Counted from the stretch's first letter, positions 38,147 to 47,924 are shown. The stretch is 64,000 bases of DNA from an uncultured Nitrososphaerota archaeon (GCA_963703285.1 OY969807.1:928001-992000), one strand, 5' to 3'. Notes: a model not told the origin generated them from the sequence alone. Numbers and translations: made by a program.

Positions 38147-40531
38147 TTAGAGTTTCCCGTTCGCCTGCATCCACTGCAGCGCGGCCACAATGTCCTCCTT
38201 CCTCATTGGGACGCTCGTGAACCTGTAGCCGCCCAGGGCGTTGCTCATCGCGTTCGCTATCGCGGCCGAGGTGGCGCACAGGGAGTCCTCGCCCATCCCC
38301 TTGGCCCCGAACGGGCCCGTCGGGTCGAGGCTCTCGTAGGGGAGGCACGTGAAGCTGGAGGGTGCCTGCATGATGGTCGGTATCTTCATGTCGAGGTAGT
38401 TCGGGTTGAGGTAGCTTCCGGAACGGGCGAGACCAGTCGTCGGGTCGTTGAGCACCTCCTCGAAGAGCGCCTCGCCCATCCCGAGGCCGATGAAGGCGCC
38501 CTCGAGCTGGGACCGGGCTCCCTTCGCGAAGACGACGCGGCCTATGTCCAGCGCGCTCACGACGCTCACGACCTCGGCGTCGGCGGTCAGCGTGTCGACG
38601 GCCACCATCGCGATCTTCGTCCCGGAGTCGCGGTGCGTGAACGCGAGGCCCGGGAACTCCGAGGGGGGCCCGTACCCGGTGACTGTGAGGGGCGCGCTGA
38701 GGAGCGCCGCCGCCTGCTGGAAGGTCATCTGGTTGGAGGGGTTCGTCGTGTCGTAGATTATTCCCGAGGGCTGCGGCGAGACGCTCCCGCCGACGCCGCT
38801 GAAGCCGGCTCCGATGCCACCGCCGAACGCGAGGTTGGACGCCTTGGTGCCGGGGGCCAGGGCTGCCGCCACTATCGGGAACCACGCGCGTCCGAGGGCG
38901 GTGGCGGCGGATAGCACCCCGAGGCCGCCGGTCATCGTGCCCAGGCTGCCGAAGGTGCCGCCGGAGTCAGAGGTGACCGACGTGTCGCCAGAGTAGTATG
39001 TCACGTTCTCGAGCGAGCTGAGTCCGATGAACTGCGCCGCCAGCAGGGGAAGCGTCGTGGTGGTGCCCCCTCCCTGGTCGGACTGTCCGTTGTAGATGGC
39101 CACGCTCCCGTCGGGGTTGACGGTTATCTGGCCCCAGCAGACAGGCATGTAACCTCCCTTGTTGCAGCTCTCGAGAGCCAGGCCGACGCCGTAGCGGATG
39201 GAGCCGCTCGTCGAGCTCGGGACGCCCCAGCCCTTCCAGAGCGACGTCCAGTTGAAGGCGCTCGTTGCAGAGTTGAAGACCTGCGGCTGGGGGAGAGTGC
39301 TGTAGGGCGTGCCGGCCACGGGGTCCGTGGCTGTGGCGCTCGTCCTCATGTTGTTGAGCCTGAAGGTGACGGGGTCGATCCCGAGCTGATCCGCGAGCAT
39401 GTCTATGGTCGACTCCATCGCGAAGTGGGTCTGGCTCTCTCCGACGTCCCTCATTGGGGTGCCCATGCTGTACGCGTTGGTGCTTACGACGTACTGGTTG
39501 ATCTCGAGGTTCGGGACGACGTACGTGTTGTAGAAGTCGTCAGCGCCGTCCGTCATGCTGCCTCCGACGGCGCCCATGTTGTAGTACATGTTCACCTGCA
39601 TCGCTGTCAGGAGGCCTGCCTTCGTCCCGCCGAACGCGCAGTAGCACCTAGTGGGGAACCTGCTGTTTGTCGAGCGTGCGTCCGCGAAGCGAGTGCCAAC
39701 CCACTTGACGGGCGCGCCGACCTTCTGGGACATCGCAGCGGCGATGACGAGGTCGTTCGCGTTGGAGCTGTTGCCGAACATTCCGCCGTTGGCGGAGTGG
39801 GTTGTGCCTCCGAGGGCCACCCTGCAGACCACGTCCGAGACCGGGATCCCGAAGTAGCTCGCCAGGCTAGACTGGTCGCCGAAGGCGTAGTTGGTCCTCT
39901 CCCAGACGTAGAGCTGGCCTCCCGTCCACCAGGCGACGCAGCCGCTCGGTTCGATCTGGAAGTGCTGGAGGATTGGGTAGTCGAACCTCTGGGAGACCAC
40001 CGCGTCAGCCGCGGAGAGGGCCGACGCAGCGTCTCCGTAGGAGATCGTGACCGGCTCTGGGCCCGTCAGGCTGTTCCCTCCCGGGTAGAGCTGAGGTGCG
40101 CCAGGCTTGAGCGCCTCCTCCGGGTCGAAGACGTATGGCTGCGGCTCATAGGCAACGTCCACGAGGTCGATGCCGTCCTGGACGGTGTCAGGGTCGGTCG
40201 AAGCGACGGCCGCCACCGGCTGGCCGGCGTAGAGGACTGACCCCCTCGCCAGGGGCAGGAAATTTCGACCCTGGTTAATGAAGTTGTATGCAGGCAGGTC
40301 GGCTGCGGTCAGCACCGTGTATCCCGCTGCCTCGGCCTTGCTCACGTCGATGCTCTTGATCAGAGCGCTCGGATGGGGGCTGAGGACCCTGCCCATGTAG
40401 ACCATGCTGGAGGCCCCGATGTCGCTTGCCGAGATGTCGGCGGTCCAGTGTCTCGTCCCGTTGATCCTGTTCATGAGGTCCTGTCTCGTGACGCTGGCGT
40501 TGCCGACTAATGAGTAGGAGGAGGAAGACAT
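38147..40531 (-). CDS. Molybdopterin-binding large subunit, xanthine oxidase family, copy 2
   Basis: QHFQIEP, DQGGGT, GTFGS, SQLEG, GPFGAKGMGE; start at MSSSS preferred (ORF open to 40564). Confidence 0.9.
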   Translation of the reverse strand: MSSSSYSLVGNASVTRQDLMNRINGTRHWTADISASDIGASSMVYMGRVLSPHPSALIKSIDVSKAEAAGYTVLTAADLPAYNFINQGRNFLPLARGSVLYAGQPVAAVASTDPDTVQDGIDLVDVAYEPQPYVFDPEEALKPGAPQLYPGGNSLTGPEPVTISYGDAASALSAADAVVSQRFDYPILQHFQIEPSGCVAWWTGGQLYVWERTNYAFGDQSSLASYFGIPVSDVVCRVALGGTTHSANGGMFGNSSNANDLVIAAAMSQKVGAPVKWVGTRFADARSTNSRFPTRCYCAFGGTKAGLLTAMQVNMYYNMGAVGGSMTDGADDFYNTYVVPNLEINQYVVSTNAYSMGTPMRDVGESQTHFAMESTIDMLADQLGIDPVTFRLNNMRTSATATDPVAGTPYSTLPQPQVFNSATSAFNWTSLWKGWGVPSSTSGSIRYGVGLALESCNKGGYMPVCWGQITVNPDGSVAIYNGQSDQGGGTTTTLPLLAAQFIGLSSLENVTYYSGDTSVTSDSGGTFGSLGTMTGGLGVLSAATALGRAWFPIVAAALAPGTKASNLAFGGGIGAGFSGVGGSVSPQPSGIIYDTTNPSNQMTFQQAAALLSAPLTVTGYGPPSEFPGLAFTHRDSGTKIAMVAVDTLTADAEVVSVVSALDIGRVVFAKGARSQLEGAFIGLGMGEALFEEVLNDPTTGLARSGSYLNPNYLDMKIPTIMQAPSSFTCLPYESLDPTGPFGAKGMGEDSLCATSAAIANAMSNALGGYRFTSVPMRKEDIVAALQWMQANGKL

Positions 40532-40535
40532 TCTC

Positions 40536-41327
40536 TCACGCACCTCCCAAGTTCGTCGCCGCAAGCTGTACGGAGGCGATTATGTTCAGATAGTTGCCGC
40601 ACCGGCAGAGGTTGCCCGAGAGCGCCTGCTGTATCTGCGCCACCGTGGGGCTCGTGTTCTGCTTCAGCAGCGCCGCGGCGGCCATGATGCTGCCGGGCGA
40701 ACAGAAGGCGCACTGGCCTCCGTCGTTCTGGACCCAAGCAGCCTGAAGAGCGGCGATCACCGGGTCAGCCGGCACCGCAACTGTGCCAGTCGACGACATT
40801 GTTGGGAGGCCCCCCTCGGTCGTCAGTATCGTGTGGCCGCCTGCCCTTATCGCCGGGTACTGGCACGCCTCGTGGGCTTCGCCGTCTATCAGGACCGTGC
40901 AGGCGCCGCACGCCATCCTGTTGCACCCCATCTTGGTGCCGACGAGCCCGAGGTCTTCCCGGAGAACGGTGGCCAGCATGTCTCTCGGCTCGACCGAGAC
41001 GGTGTAGCTGGTTCCGTTGACCGTGAACGTCACCGTCTGGGCGGCGAACGGGTTGGCCGCTGCAGCCGCAGGCACAGCCGGCACCGACGAGGTCTGCTGT
41101 ATGCCGCTCCCCGAGGTCTGCAGGACACCCCCTCGCAGCGCCAGGGCGGATACGCCCACGACGGCGCCCGCCGCCATGGTGCCCTTGAGAAGCGTGCGTT
41201 TGCTTACCTTAGTTTCCAAAATCTTCTCGACCGGTCCTGCAGACTCGCCGACCTTCTGGGAAGGTATCTTGTTCGGAGTGCTTGCCTTCTTCCGAACGCG
41301 TTTCGTACTTTTGTCAGTATCTGTCAA
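40536..41327 (-). CDS. 2x[2Fe-2S] subunit with KR-variant Tat signal, copy 2
   Basis: SKRTLLK plus hydrophobic stretch; GCNRMACGACTV, QCAFCSPG, NLCRCG. Confidence 0.9.
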   Translation of the reverse strand: MTDTDKSTKRVRKKASTPNKIPSQKVGESAGPVEKILETKVSKRTLLKGTMAAGAVVGVSALALRGGVLQTSGSGIQQTSSVPAVPAAAAANPFAAQTVTFTVNGTSYTVSVEPRDMLATVLREDLGLVGTKMGCNRMACGACTVLIDGEAHEACQYPAIRAGGHTILTTEGGLPTMSSTGTVAVPADPVIAALQAAWVQNDGGQCAFCSPGSIMAAAALLKQNTSPTVAQIQQALSGNLCRCGNYLNIIASVQLAATNLGGA

Positions 41328-41360
41328 CGTCTGTCAACAATTGACTGTACTTGTCAACAT
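41311..41360. promoter_or_regulatory. 10-bp-phased TGTCA(AC) repeats over the operon start; putative operator
   Basis: TGTCA at 41312, 41322, 41332 and 41352, plus inverted GTCAA-caa-TTGAC. Confidence 0.45.
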
Positions 41361-42104
41361 AGACGTATTTGTCGAGTTCCCCGTATCCATTCGGGCCCCT
41401 CTCACAAATGAGACGAGAGGACTCGAGGACAACTAGCGGCAGGAGACCGTCGCGCGACCCGCTGTCTGGACGGAGCGCACCTGTATCCGAAGTCTGCGAG
41501 GGCAGCAACCGAATTGACCACTCCAAGCGAAAGGGCCTTCGTCTTGGTCTCAATCCTTAATCTGCCCAAATCGGCTCCCTTTGTGTCAAACGAGTCGCAA
41601 ATGGCCTTATCTTCAATTCCGAACACAAAAACCGAAAAAGGCTAAACACCGCCTAGTTTTCAAATCAGAGCTGTATCCTGGCTGTTTTCGAGTTTTCACC
41701 TAAACACATACCAAAGTTCTTGCCATCAACGAGCTTCTTCACCTTATCAGGTAATTCAATGGCGAAACATGAACCTCTTTCAAGAGCAGAGTTTTAGGAT
41801 TTGCGCTCCGGCATGTGCCATGTTCTGGTCGCCAACGAAGCGTAACGTTGGAAAAGAATGTGGGCCGGAACGGGTGTAAACTGTAGTAGAGCTTGGGTCT
41901 CCACTTCCAATTGCCAATCGTGCCACTGCTTGTCGACTTTCAGCGTCGGCCTCTCCTTGATGATTACTCTTGTAGGTTGGGTGCTCAAGCGCCGGCCGTC
42001 TCCTTCCCCCCTGCAACTCGCAAAATCGCCTACTGATTCTCAAAACTCTACGACACTTCGAAGGGGCCCGCCGGTGAACGACCTTCTTGAGGCGAACAGA
42101 CGAG

Positions 42105-42692
42105 CTATGAGACCTTTCTCCTTGAGGCTGTCATCATGATCGTCCCCCGGTTTATTTCGTGTTTGGCTACGTCGTAGCCGTAGCCGTTGAGAACCGACCG
42201 CAGGAAAGCAAAGGAGCACTCGGTTGATTCAATCTTCCTTCCAGCGCCGACTATGTTGATCTCCACCACGTCGTCGCCTTGCAGCTTGGAAACGGTGAAC
42301 CGTTTTATTGGGATCAGCAGGGTGAAGTCTCTTGCGAGGTCTGCGAGTTCGTTCAGGTCCTTGGCACCGGCCTTGAGGATACCAACGGTGTTACTCCCTA
42401 GCGCGGTGAACATAGCAAGCAGACCCTCCTTGTCCTCGGCGTACATCCTCGCGAGGATCTCGTCGACGAAGTCGGAAGGGAGGGTGATCACATCTATCTG
42501 CTTCATCAGGGAGACTGAACGCCATAGCCTGTAGAGCTCCGCGGGATCTCCGCCTTCTGCTGATATCTTTGACATCGTCGAGAGAGACTGGTTTGCGAAC
42601 GCAAACATGGTTCTCTCCCTTCGTTTTGCCTCGGAGGAGAACTCCTCAAAAATCTTGTGATCGATGAAGATGCTGGCACGCGACATGAACAC
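42105..42692 (-). CDS. Hypothetical protein with a putative N-terminal ribbon-helix-helix; paralog of 50554-51228
   Basis: Shared FEEFS..AKR...T.FAFAN.SL, ITLPSDFVD, IVGAGR.IESTECSF. Confidence 0.75.
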   Translation of the reverse strand: MFMSRASIFIDHKIFEEFSSEAKRRERTMFAFANQSLSTMSKISAEGGDPAELYRLWRSVSLMKQIDVITLPSDFVDEILARMYAEDKEGLLAMFTALGSNTVGILKAGAKDLNELADLARDFTLLIPIKRFTVSKLQGDDVVEINIVGAGRKIESTECSFAFLRSVLNGYGYDVAKHEINRGTIMMTASRRKVS

Positions 42693-43047
42693 TCATCACT
42701 CTGACACAAGGGATTAATGGTTATCCCTTTTAAAAACGCTTAGTTTTGTATTAAACCTTCTTTTTCTTCTTTCTTCAATTTCAGAAAAAGATATGTCTCC
42801 TTCTGTCCATCTATATGTTGCATCTTCACCGGTCCCTGTTTCCTTTTGCTCTGACGCCATACATCGTCAAATGTCTACGAACGTACACAAGCATAAACAT
42901 ATTATCCCGAATGGGTTCGAGTATGTTATCAAGAAATTACTTCACCCCTACTGAAGGCGAGTAAACTAGGCCAAAATCTGTGCTCGACTGGGCTCTGAGC
43001 TTCCGACCACTCCTCTTCTCCTCTTCTTCTACTATCTTATAGAAAGG

Positions 43048-43593
43048 ATGGGGAATCTTTCGGAGAATCTCTCGACCGTAATTGACCTTCTGGTAGCAGC
43101 GCTCTTCCTATCCGCTGGGGCTCTGGCGATAGAGCCAAGAATCCAAGACCGGAGGCAAGTGGGCGCTGTCGTCGACGACCTTAAGAGTCCGGAGGTGCGA
43201 TTGAACGTGCAACTCAAGTTGAAGGCAGAAGTAACGAAGCTGGTTTCGACTGAAGAGGCGAAGATGATTCTGCATAACTTCCCGACTCTTCTACCTATGA
43301 TTAACGGCCTCACGCTGATGAACGAGAACGAAGCCCTAAGTCGAGAACTCGAAGCGAGCGAGGCGATTCTCGTGGACACGATCGTCGGTGGAGGGTGTGG
43401 GGCATCCTCCTATCAATCTCGAGCACAGCAGTTAGCGATCGATGCCATAAGGACGATGACTCTTCCCAAGGATGCAAAGATGGTCAGGAGGCCCAAATCA
43501 CTGCCGGGCCCGCCTACGTTACTGTCAAAGTACGGACTTGCACCTCATCCGTCAATGCTGCCGCTGGACGAGGGGCCCGTAATCTACCCTTGA
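43048..43593 (+). CDS. Hypothetical membrane-anchored protein
   Basis: 181-aa ORF with a hydrophobic N-terminal segment. Confidence 0.5.
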   Translation: MGNLSENLSTVIDLLVAALFLSAGALAIEPRIQDRRQVGAVVDDLKSPEVRLNVQLKLKAEVTKLVSTEEAKMILHNFPTLLPMINGLTLMNENEALSRELEASEAILVDTIVGGGCGASSYQSRAQQLAIDAIRTMTLPKDAKMVRRPKSLPGPPTLLSKYGLAPHPSMLPLDEGPVIYP

Positions 43594-44052
43594 CGCCGTA
43601 AAGAGCCCATTTCACGGCCAAGGACTACCTCAGGAGGAGCATCGTTCAAGCCCGATAAACGAACTACATGTCTGTTCGGGCGCAAAGAGTTTGCCATGAG
43701 ACCAACGATCCGCGGCCCGGGCTCGAACCTCCGCACTATACCAAGACGCGGATTTGCACACCAAAGTGGTCGGATCCACCGGCCCTACCAACGATTCAGA
43801 CTTTCCGAAGAACGAATCTGGTGGTTGACCTATATAAGATGCCGTGACTGTCGCACGACTCTAATTGAGCTTTCCAGTCATTTTGTCCCCCGGTATGTTG
43901 ATCGCCCTTCCTTTGGAACAGATAGCCCTGGTTGGTTAATCGGTCTACAGAGATGATTACGGTATCCATCCAGGATCACTGATTCTCATATGTACGCGAT
44001 CCTAGCATGGGAACATTGGTCAAGCCTATCATCAGGACCCAAATGCTCTACT

Positions 44053-44469
44053 CTATCCGCCTGTCATCGACCCAAGGAAAGCCACAGTGTCTCCGTTCTT
44101 GAGCATTGGATTGCCTTGCGGAGGCGTTCCATTCAACAGAATCTGCATAGAATGCATGGTTTCTAATGCCGGGTGTTCCTGACAGACCTCTGTAATCAAC
44201 TGGGAAAGGGATGACGGGGCGGATATTTGCATGTTTTCCATGCTCGACCCAATTACACCCGCCATGCCAAGGTAGTAGACTTCGACGTTCAGGAAGAGTT
44301 GCGCGCTAAGGGGGGGACTCTTATCCGTACCTGATTGCGGTTGATGATTCTGTGAGAGGAAAATAAGCAGCCCCTTCGTGCCCAGCAGAGCAACGGATGC
44401 GCCGGCTGTTATGATGACCATCTTACCCAATGCTTCGCGCCTTGTTAACTTTGACAAGCTATGGGACAT
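44053..44469 (-). CDS. MoaD/ThiS/SAMP-like beta-grasp protein with an N-terminal Tat-like signal and C-terminal GG
   Basis: LTRREALGK plus hydrophobic helix; VEVYYLG...HPAL...ILLNG...LKNGDTVAFLGSMTGG*. Confidence 0.85.
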   Translation of the reverse strand: MSHSLSKLTRREALGKMVIITAGASVALLGTKGLLIFLSQNHQPQSGTDKSPPLSAQLFLNVEVYYLGMAGVIGSSMENMQISAPSSLSQLITEVCQEHPALETMHSMQILLNGTPPQGNPMLKNGDTVAFLGSMTGG

Positions 44470-44478
44470 CTCTCTCCG

Positions 44479-44979
44479 TTACAGAGTGAAAGTGCAATTG
44501 CCTTCGTTTGTGACCATCTGCACGATGAGTGACTGGTTGTTCGATAAGACGCCTAGGTACAGCGTGGCATCCTCACCTGGTAGAATAGTTGCACTACAAA
44601 GGCCGCCAGTGTCCATATTCCAATGCTGCGCCTGAGGGAATATGAGGCCGTTTGTGGGTGCTTCGCAGAAAGAGGAAGTGTTGTTGACCGCGAGCAACGG
44701 AACGCCCCCTCCGAGCACTCCTTGAATCAAGGGCTCCCCGTTCGAGATAACTTTGAGAATCGTCAGGTTCTCGTTTCCTAGGTTTGTCAGGGTCAGTGAA
44801 GGTTCGCTGCTGTTGCAACAATTGCCGTATCCCACTAGCTTGAGTTGTGGTGTGTTCTGACTCGCGGGTGGGTCCCCAGTGAAGTAAATCTGGGACAGCG
44901 TGATAGACGCGAGCAGCAATACCAGGGGCAGAACAACAACGAGCAGCTTTGCGAAGGCGCCAATCTTCTTATTTGTCAA
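44479..44979 (-). CDS. Membrane-anchored extracellular Cys-containing protein
   Basis: N-terminal TM; five Cys; Ig-like LTNLG..L.I..V..NG strand. Confidence 0.7.
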   Translation of the reverse strand: MTNKKIGAFAKLLVVVLPLVLLLASITLSQIYFTGDPPASQNTPQLKLVGYGNCCNSSEPSLTLTNLGNENLTILKVISNGEPLIQGVLGGGVPLLAVNNTSSFCEAPTNGLIFPQAQHWNMDTGGLCSATILPGEDATLYLGVLSNNQSLIVQMVTNEGNCTFTL

Positions 44980-45973
44980 CCTTAGCTCTCCTCTTTTTTG
45001 TTACAAGAACGTGTACCAGCGCGAACCCTATCACCCCGTAGACTGAAGCGAGGACCAAAATGAAAATGCTCACCACGACTGCGGTTGGGATGGGTGGTAC
45101 TCCTACCAGTCTGAGGTCGACGGAACTTCCCTGACCACTAACGTAGGGCGATGCGGAATCCGTCGCGGATGGATCGTTTTGAATGGCGGCAGTCACGTTG
45201 CTTGCCCCGTAGCTCTTGCTTCCCGAGTAGGAGGCGTAAAGGAGTCCTCCCCATTGGGAAGGCAACTGGTAAGTCAGATAGGCGGTGCCATTTGACTGAG
45301 TTTGGCTCGAGCCGATAGCCATTAGCCCGAAGTCGGTAGGTATGGAGAAGTCGACTTGAGCACCTGCAATGGGAGCCCCGTTGGAATCGGTCAGTCCAAC
45401 GGCAGCAAGAAGCTCGTCGCCATGAACGTTCATGGAAAGCGCGCTCAGTTTCGTACTGGTAGTCGTCGTACTGGTAGTACTGCTGGTGCTGGTGGTGCTG
45501 GTGCTCGTTGAGCTGCTGGTGGTTGTGCTGCTGCTCCCGGTTGAGCCGGATGAGCTAGTAGTGCTTTGTTGGGCAGGCGTTACGATGAACCAGCCGTTCT
45601 GCATGTTGGCCATTCCGAGACAGGGTATGATGCAGTGAATTCTGAATGTTCCCGCCGCATTCGCCGTAAATTGAACCACTGAAATCGGGCTCTGCGCGTT
45701 AAGAACCGCCGAGGTGACGTTGTATCCATCGACCTCAATTTGATGGGCGTTATACGGTACGTTGGTGTCGTTCCAGACGAATTTGATTATCACAGTGTCC
45801 CCTTGGGAGACCGGACCTAGCGTGAAGTTTCCCGATGTTCCGTTGAAGCCAGCTTCGCTCACGTAGACAGTGAAGCTATCCGTAGCGCTTGTCTTCTGAG
45901 CCGCGGTAAGATGCGAAGGCTGCATTACCAGCAGCAGAAGTACAAGCAGGGAGATTGTGAAGATTTTACGCGT
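44969..45973 (-). CDS. CuA-like cupredoxin + Ser/Thr linker + Ig-like domain + C-terminal TM; probable ACG start
   Basis: HQIE and HCIIPCLGMANM; signal peptide RKIFTISLLVLLLLV lies upstream of the first ATG (45925), behind GGAGG-N9-ACG. Confidence 0.8.
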   Translation of the reverse strand, partial: TRKIFTISLLVLLLLVMQPSHLTAAQKTSATDSFTVYVSEAGFNGTSGNFTLGPVSQGDTVIIKFVWNDTNVPYNAHQIEVDGYNVTSAVLNAQSPISVVQFTANAAGTFRIHCIIPCLGMANMQNGWFIVTPAQQSTTSSSGSTGSSSTTTSSSTSTSTTSTSSTTSTTTTSTKLSALSMNVHGDELLAAVGLTDSNGAPIAGAQVDFSIPTDFGLMAIGSSQTQSNGTAYLTYQLPSQWGGLLYASYSGSKSYGASNVTAAIQNDPSATDSASPYVSGQGSSVDLRLVGVPPIPTAVVVSIFILVLASVYGVIGFALVHVLVTKKRRAKVDK

Positions 45974-47924
45974 TTGTGTCCGCCTCCATGGAGTTTGCTA
46001 TCTTCATTAGCTTGGGAAGCGCGAGGTTCGCAAATATTGAGCATCTCCTTCCGTTCGACCACCACTGGAGCTGTCCGGGCTCGGCTGGTTGTCCGGCCTG
46101 TTTCGACGACGCTCGTGTGAAACCTGCGTGCCCTTCAACAGTTATCCTGTCATAGCCCTTTGGCAAAAAGGCGGGAGGACTATCGATGACATCCTCTTTT
46201 ATCTGAAGGATCGCGATATCCACACTGTCGGTGTAGATGTTGAGCGGTTCCATCGATTCGCTAGTGTAGAGAAGGCCGACCATGGCTCCGTCGGCGGAGA
46301 TTCTCGCTTCGTGAAGGGTAGCTCCTTCAGGAAGAGATGATGGAAAAGAAACGAAAAACGACGCCTTAGTCCTCGCTTCCTCCTGACTGATTAATTCGCC
46401 AATGCTGGACAGCTGCACCTTCTCTTGATTGATAGGCTCTTGACTGACAGAATTCGCGGTATCTTTGTTCTGCATATCAGAAGGAAGGAAGCTGAGAGCG
46501 GCGATCCCTGCGGTCAGCCCTACGGCAGCGACCAGGCCATTTCTGAGGAATGCTCGCCTTCCGGTGGATTGGGGCGCTTCAGGGTCGCTGCCTGAATAAG
46601 TTGCCAGCGCGGGTGGGATAATCGGCGCTCTAGCGACAGTGTCCCCGTCGCCCTCGTTGACCTCCCAGATTGAGATCATTGGTACTAGCCTGCTCACGAT
46701 AATCAACAGCAGAGCGACGCCCGCAAACCCAGCGGCGGTAACCGAGAGCTCCTCCCAAGAGGGAATGTAGCTCCCAACTGCATATGGCAACCCGAGCTGC
46801 GGAACAGCTAGGGCCGGAATCACTATCAGAAAACGTTCCAGCCACATCCCGATGTTTGCGAGTATCGCGGCCACGACTATCCAGCCAACTCTCCTCGTCA
46901 CAGGGAGCGATATGATTGCCGCGGGCAGGATCAACCCGCCCACCAACATGAACCAGAAGTAGGGAGCGTAGGCACCCGTGAACAACGACGTCAAGTATTG
47001 AACGTCCAACGTTTCAGAAGACCAAGAGGGTGCCATGTATTCACTCAGCGTGAGATAGATCATCGCCAAGTCCGCTGCAAGGAAGATGTATGCCAGATAC
47101 AGAAAGTGCTTAACCTCTATGTACCGCTCAAGGTGATAGAACCTGCGGAAAGCATAGACGACAATCAATATCGTCGCGAGGCCGGAGTAGACTGCACCCA
47201 TGACGAAGAATATCGGGAAGATTGTGCTGTGCCATTCGACCCTGAGGGTAACAGAAAACACCCAGGAGAGAACGGAATGCACTGTGACCGCGATTGGCAC
47301 GACGAGTATCGCCATAATCTTGATGGACTTGTTCAACCTGCTCGCCTGCTCGGCTCCGCCTGACCAGCCTAGAGAGAGCCTAGTGTAGAGCCAACCTCTC
47401 AGCTTTGAGACTTTCTTCAGGGAATCTCTGCAGATGGCGAGGTCTGGGATGAGTGGCAGGTAGAAGTAGAGCAAGCTCGCCACAAGATACGTAACTATTG
47501 CGATTGTGTCCCATGTTATGGGCGACTGTAACCTGGGGAAGATTAGGAGGTTGATTGCCCTCTGGGGCATGCCCAGGTCCAGTATTGGAAATAAGGCACC
47601 TATCGGGAGAGAGCAGATAGTTATCATCTCTGCGATTCGCGTTATTGGTCTCCTCCATGTTGCGTTGGAGAGCCTGAGGATTCCGGAGATTATTGTCCCT
47701 GCCATGCTTATCGCTATGAAATAGACGAAGTCGACTATGTTCAGGCCCCATGCTACAGGAAGCCTGTCTCCCGTCAACCCAAGACCGTAGACATACTCAA
47801 GGTAGAACGCGTAGAGGCCCCATCCTATCACCGCAACCAACGAGGTCACAATAAGGAAGAATCGAAAACCGTGGGACTTCAGAGGTCCCAAGATCGACTG
47901 TGTATCTTTCTCACTATCTGTCAT
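45966..47924 (-). CDS. NrfD/PsrC-family polytopic membrane protein fused to an internal Tat-like signal and an extracellular domain
   Basis: WGL.I.DFVYFI, I.RIAE, DLG.PQR, SPI.WD, VHSV, GMWLERF; then TGRRAFLRNG plus TM. Confidence 0.9.
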   Translation of the reverse strand: MTDSEKDTQSILGPLKSHGFRFFLIVTSLVAVIGWGLYAFYLEYVYGLGLTGDRLPVAWGLNIVDFVYFIAISMAGTIISGILRLSNATWRRPITRIAEMITICSLPIGALFPILDLGMPQRAINLLIFPRLQSPITWDTIAIVTYLVASLLYFYLPLIPDLAICRDSLKKVSKLRGWLYTRLSLGWSGGAEQASRLNKSIKIMAILVVPIAVTVHSVLSWVFSVTLRVEWHSTIFPIFFVMGAVYSGLATILIVVYAFRRFYHLERYIEVKHFLYLAYIFLAADLAMIYLTLSEYMAPSWSSETLDVQYLTSLFTGAYAPYFWFMLVGGLILPAAIISLPVTRRVGWIVVAAILANIGMWLERFLIVIPALAVPQLGLPYAVGSYIPSWEELSVTAAGFAGVALLLIIVSRLVPMISIWEVNEGDGDTVARAPIIPPALATYSGSDPEAPQSTGRRAFLRNGLVAAVGLTAGIAALSFLPSDMQNKDTANSVSQEPINQEKVQLSSIGELISQEEARTKASFFVSFPSSLPEGATLHEARISADGAMVGLLYTSESMEPLNIYTDSVDIAILQIKEDVIDSPPAFLPKGYDRITVEGHAGFTRASSKQAGQPAEPGQLQWWSNGRRCSIFANLALPKLMKIANSMEADTNA

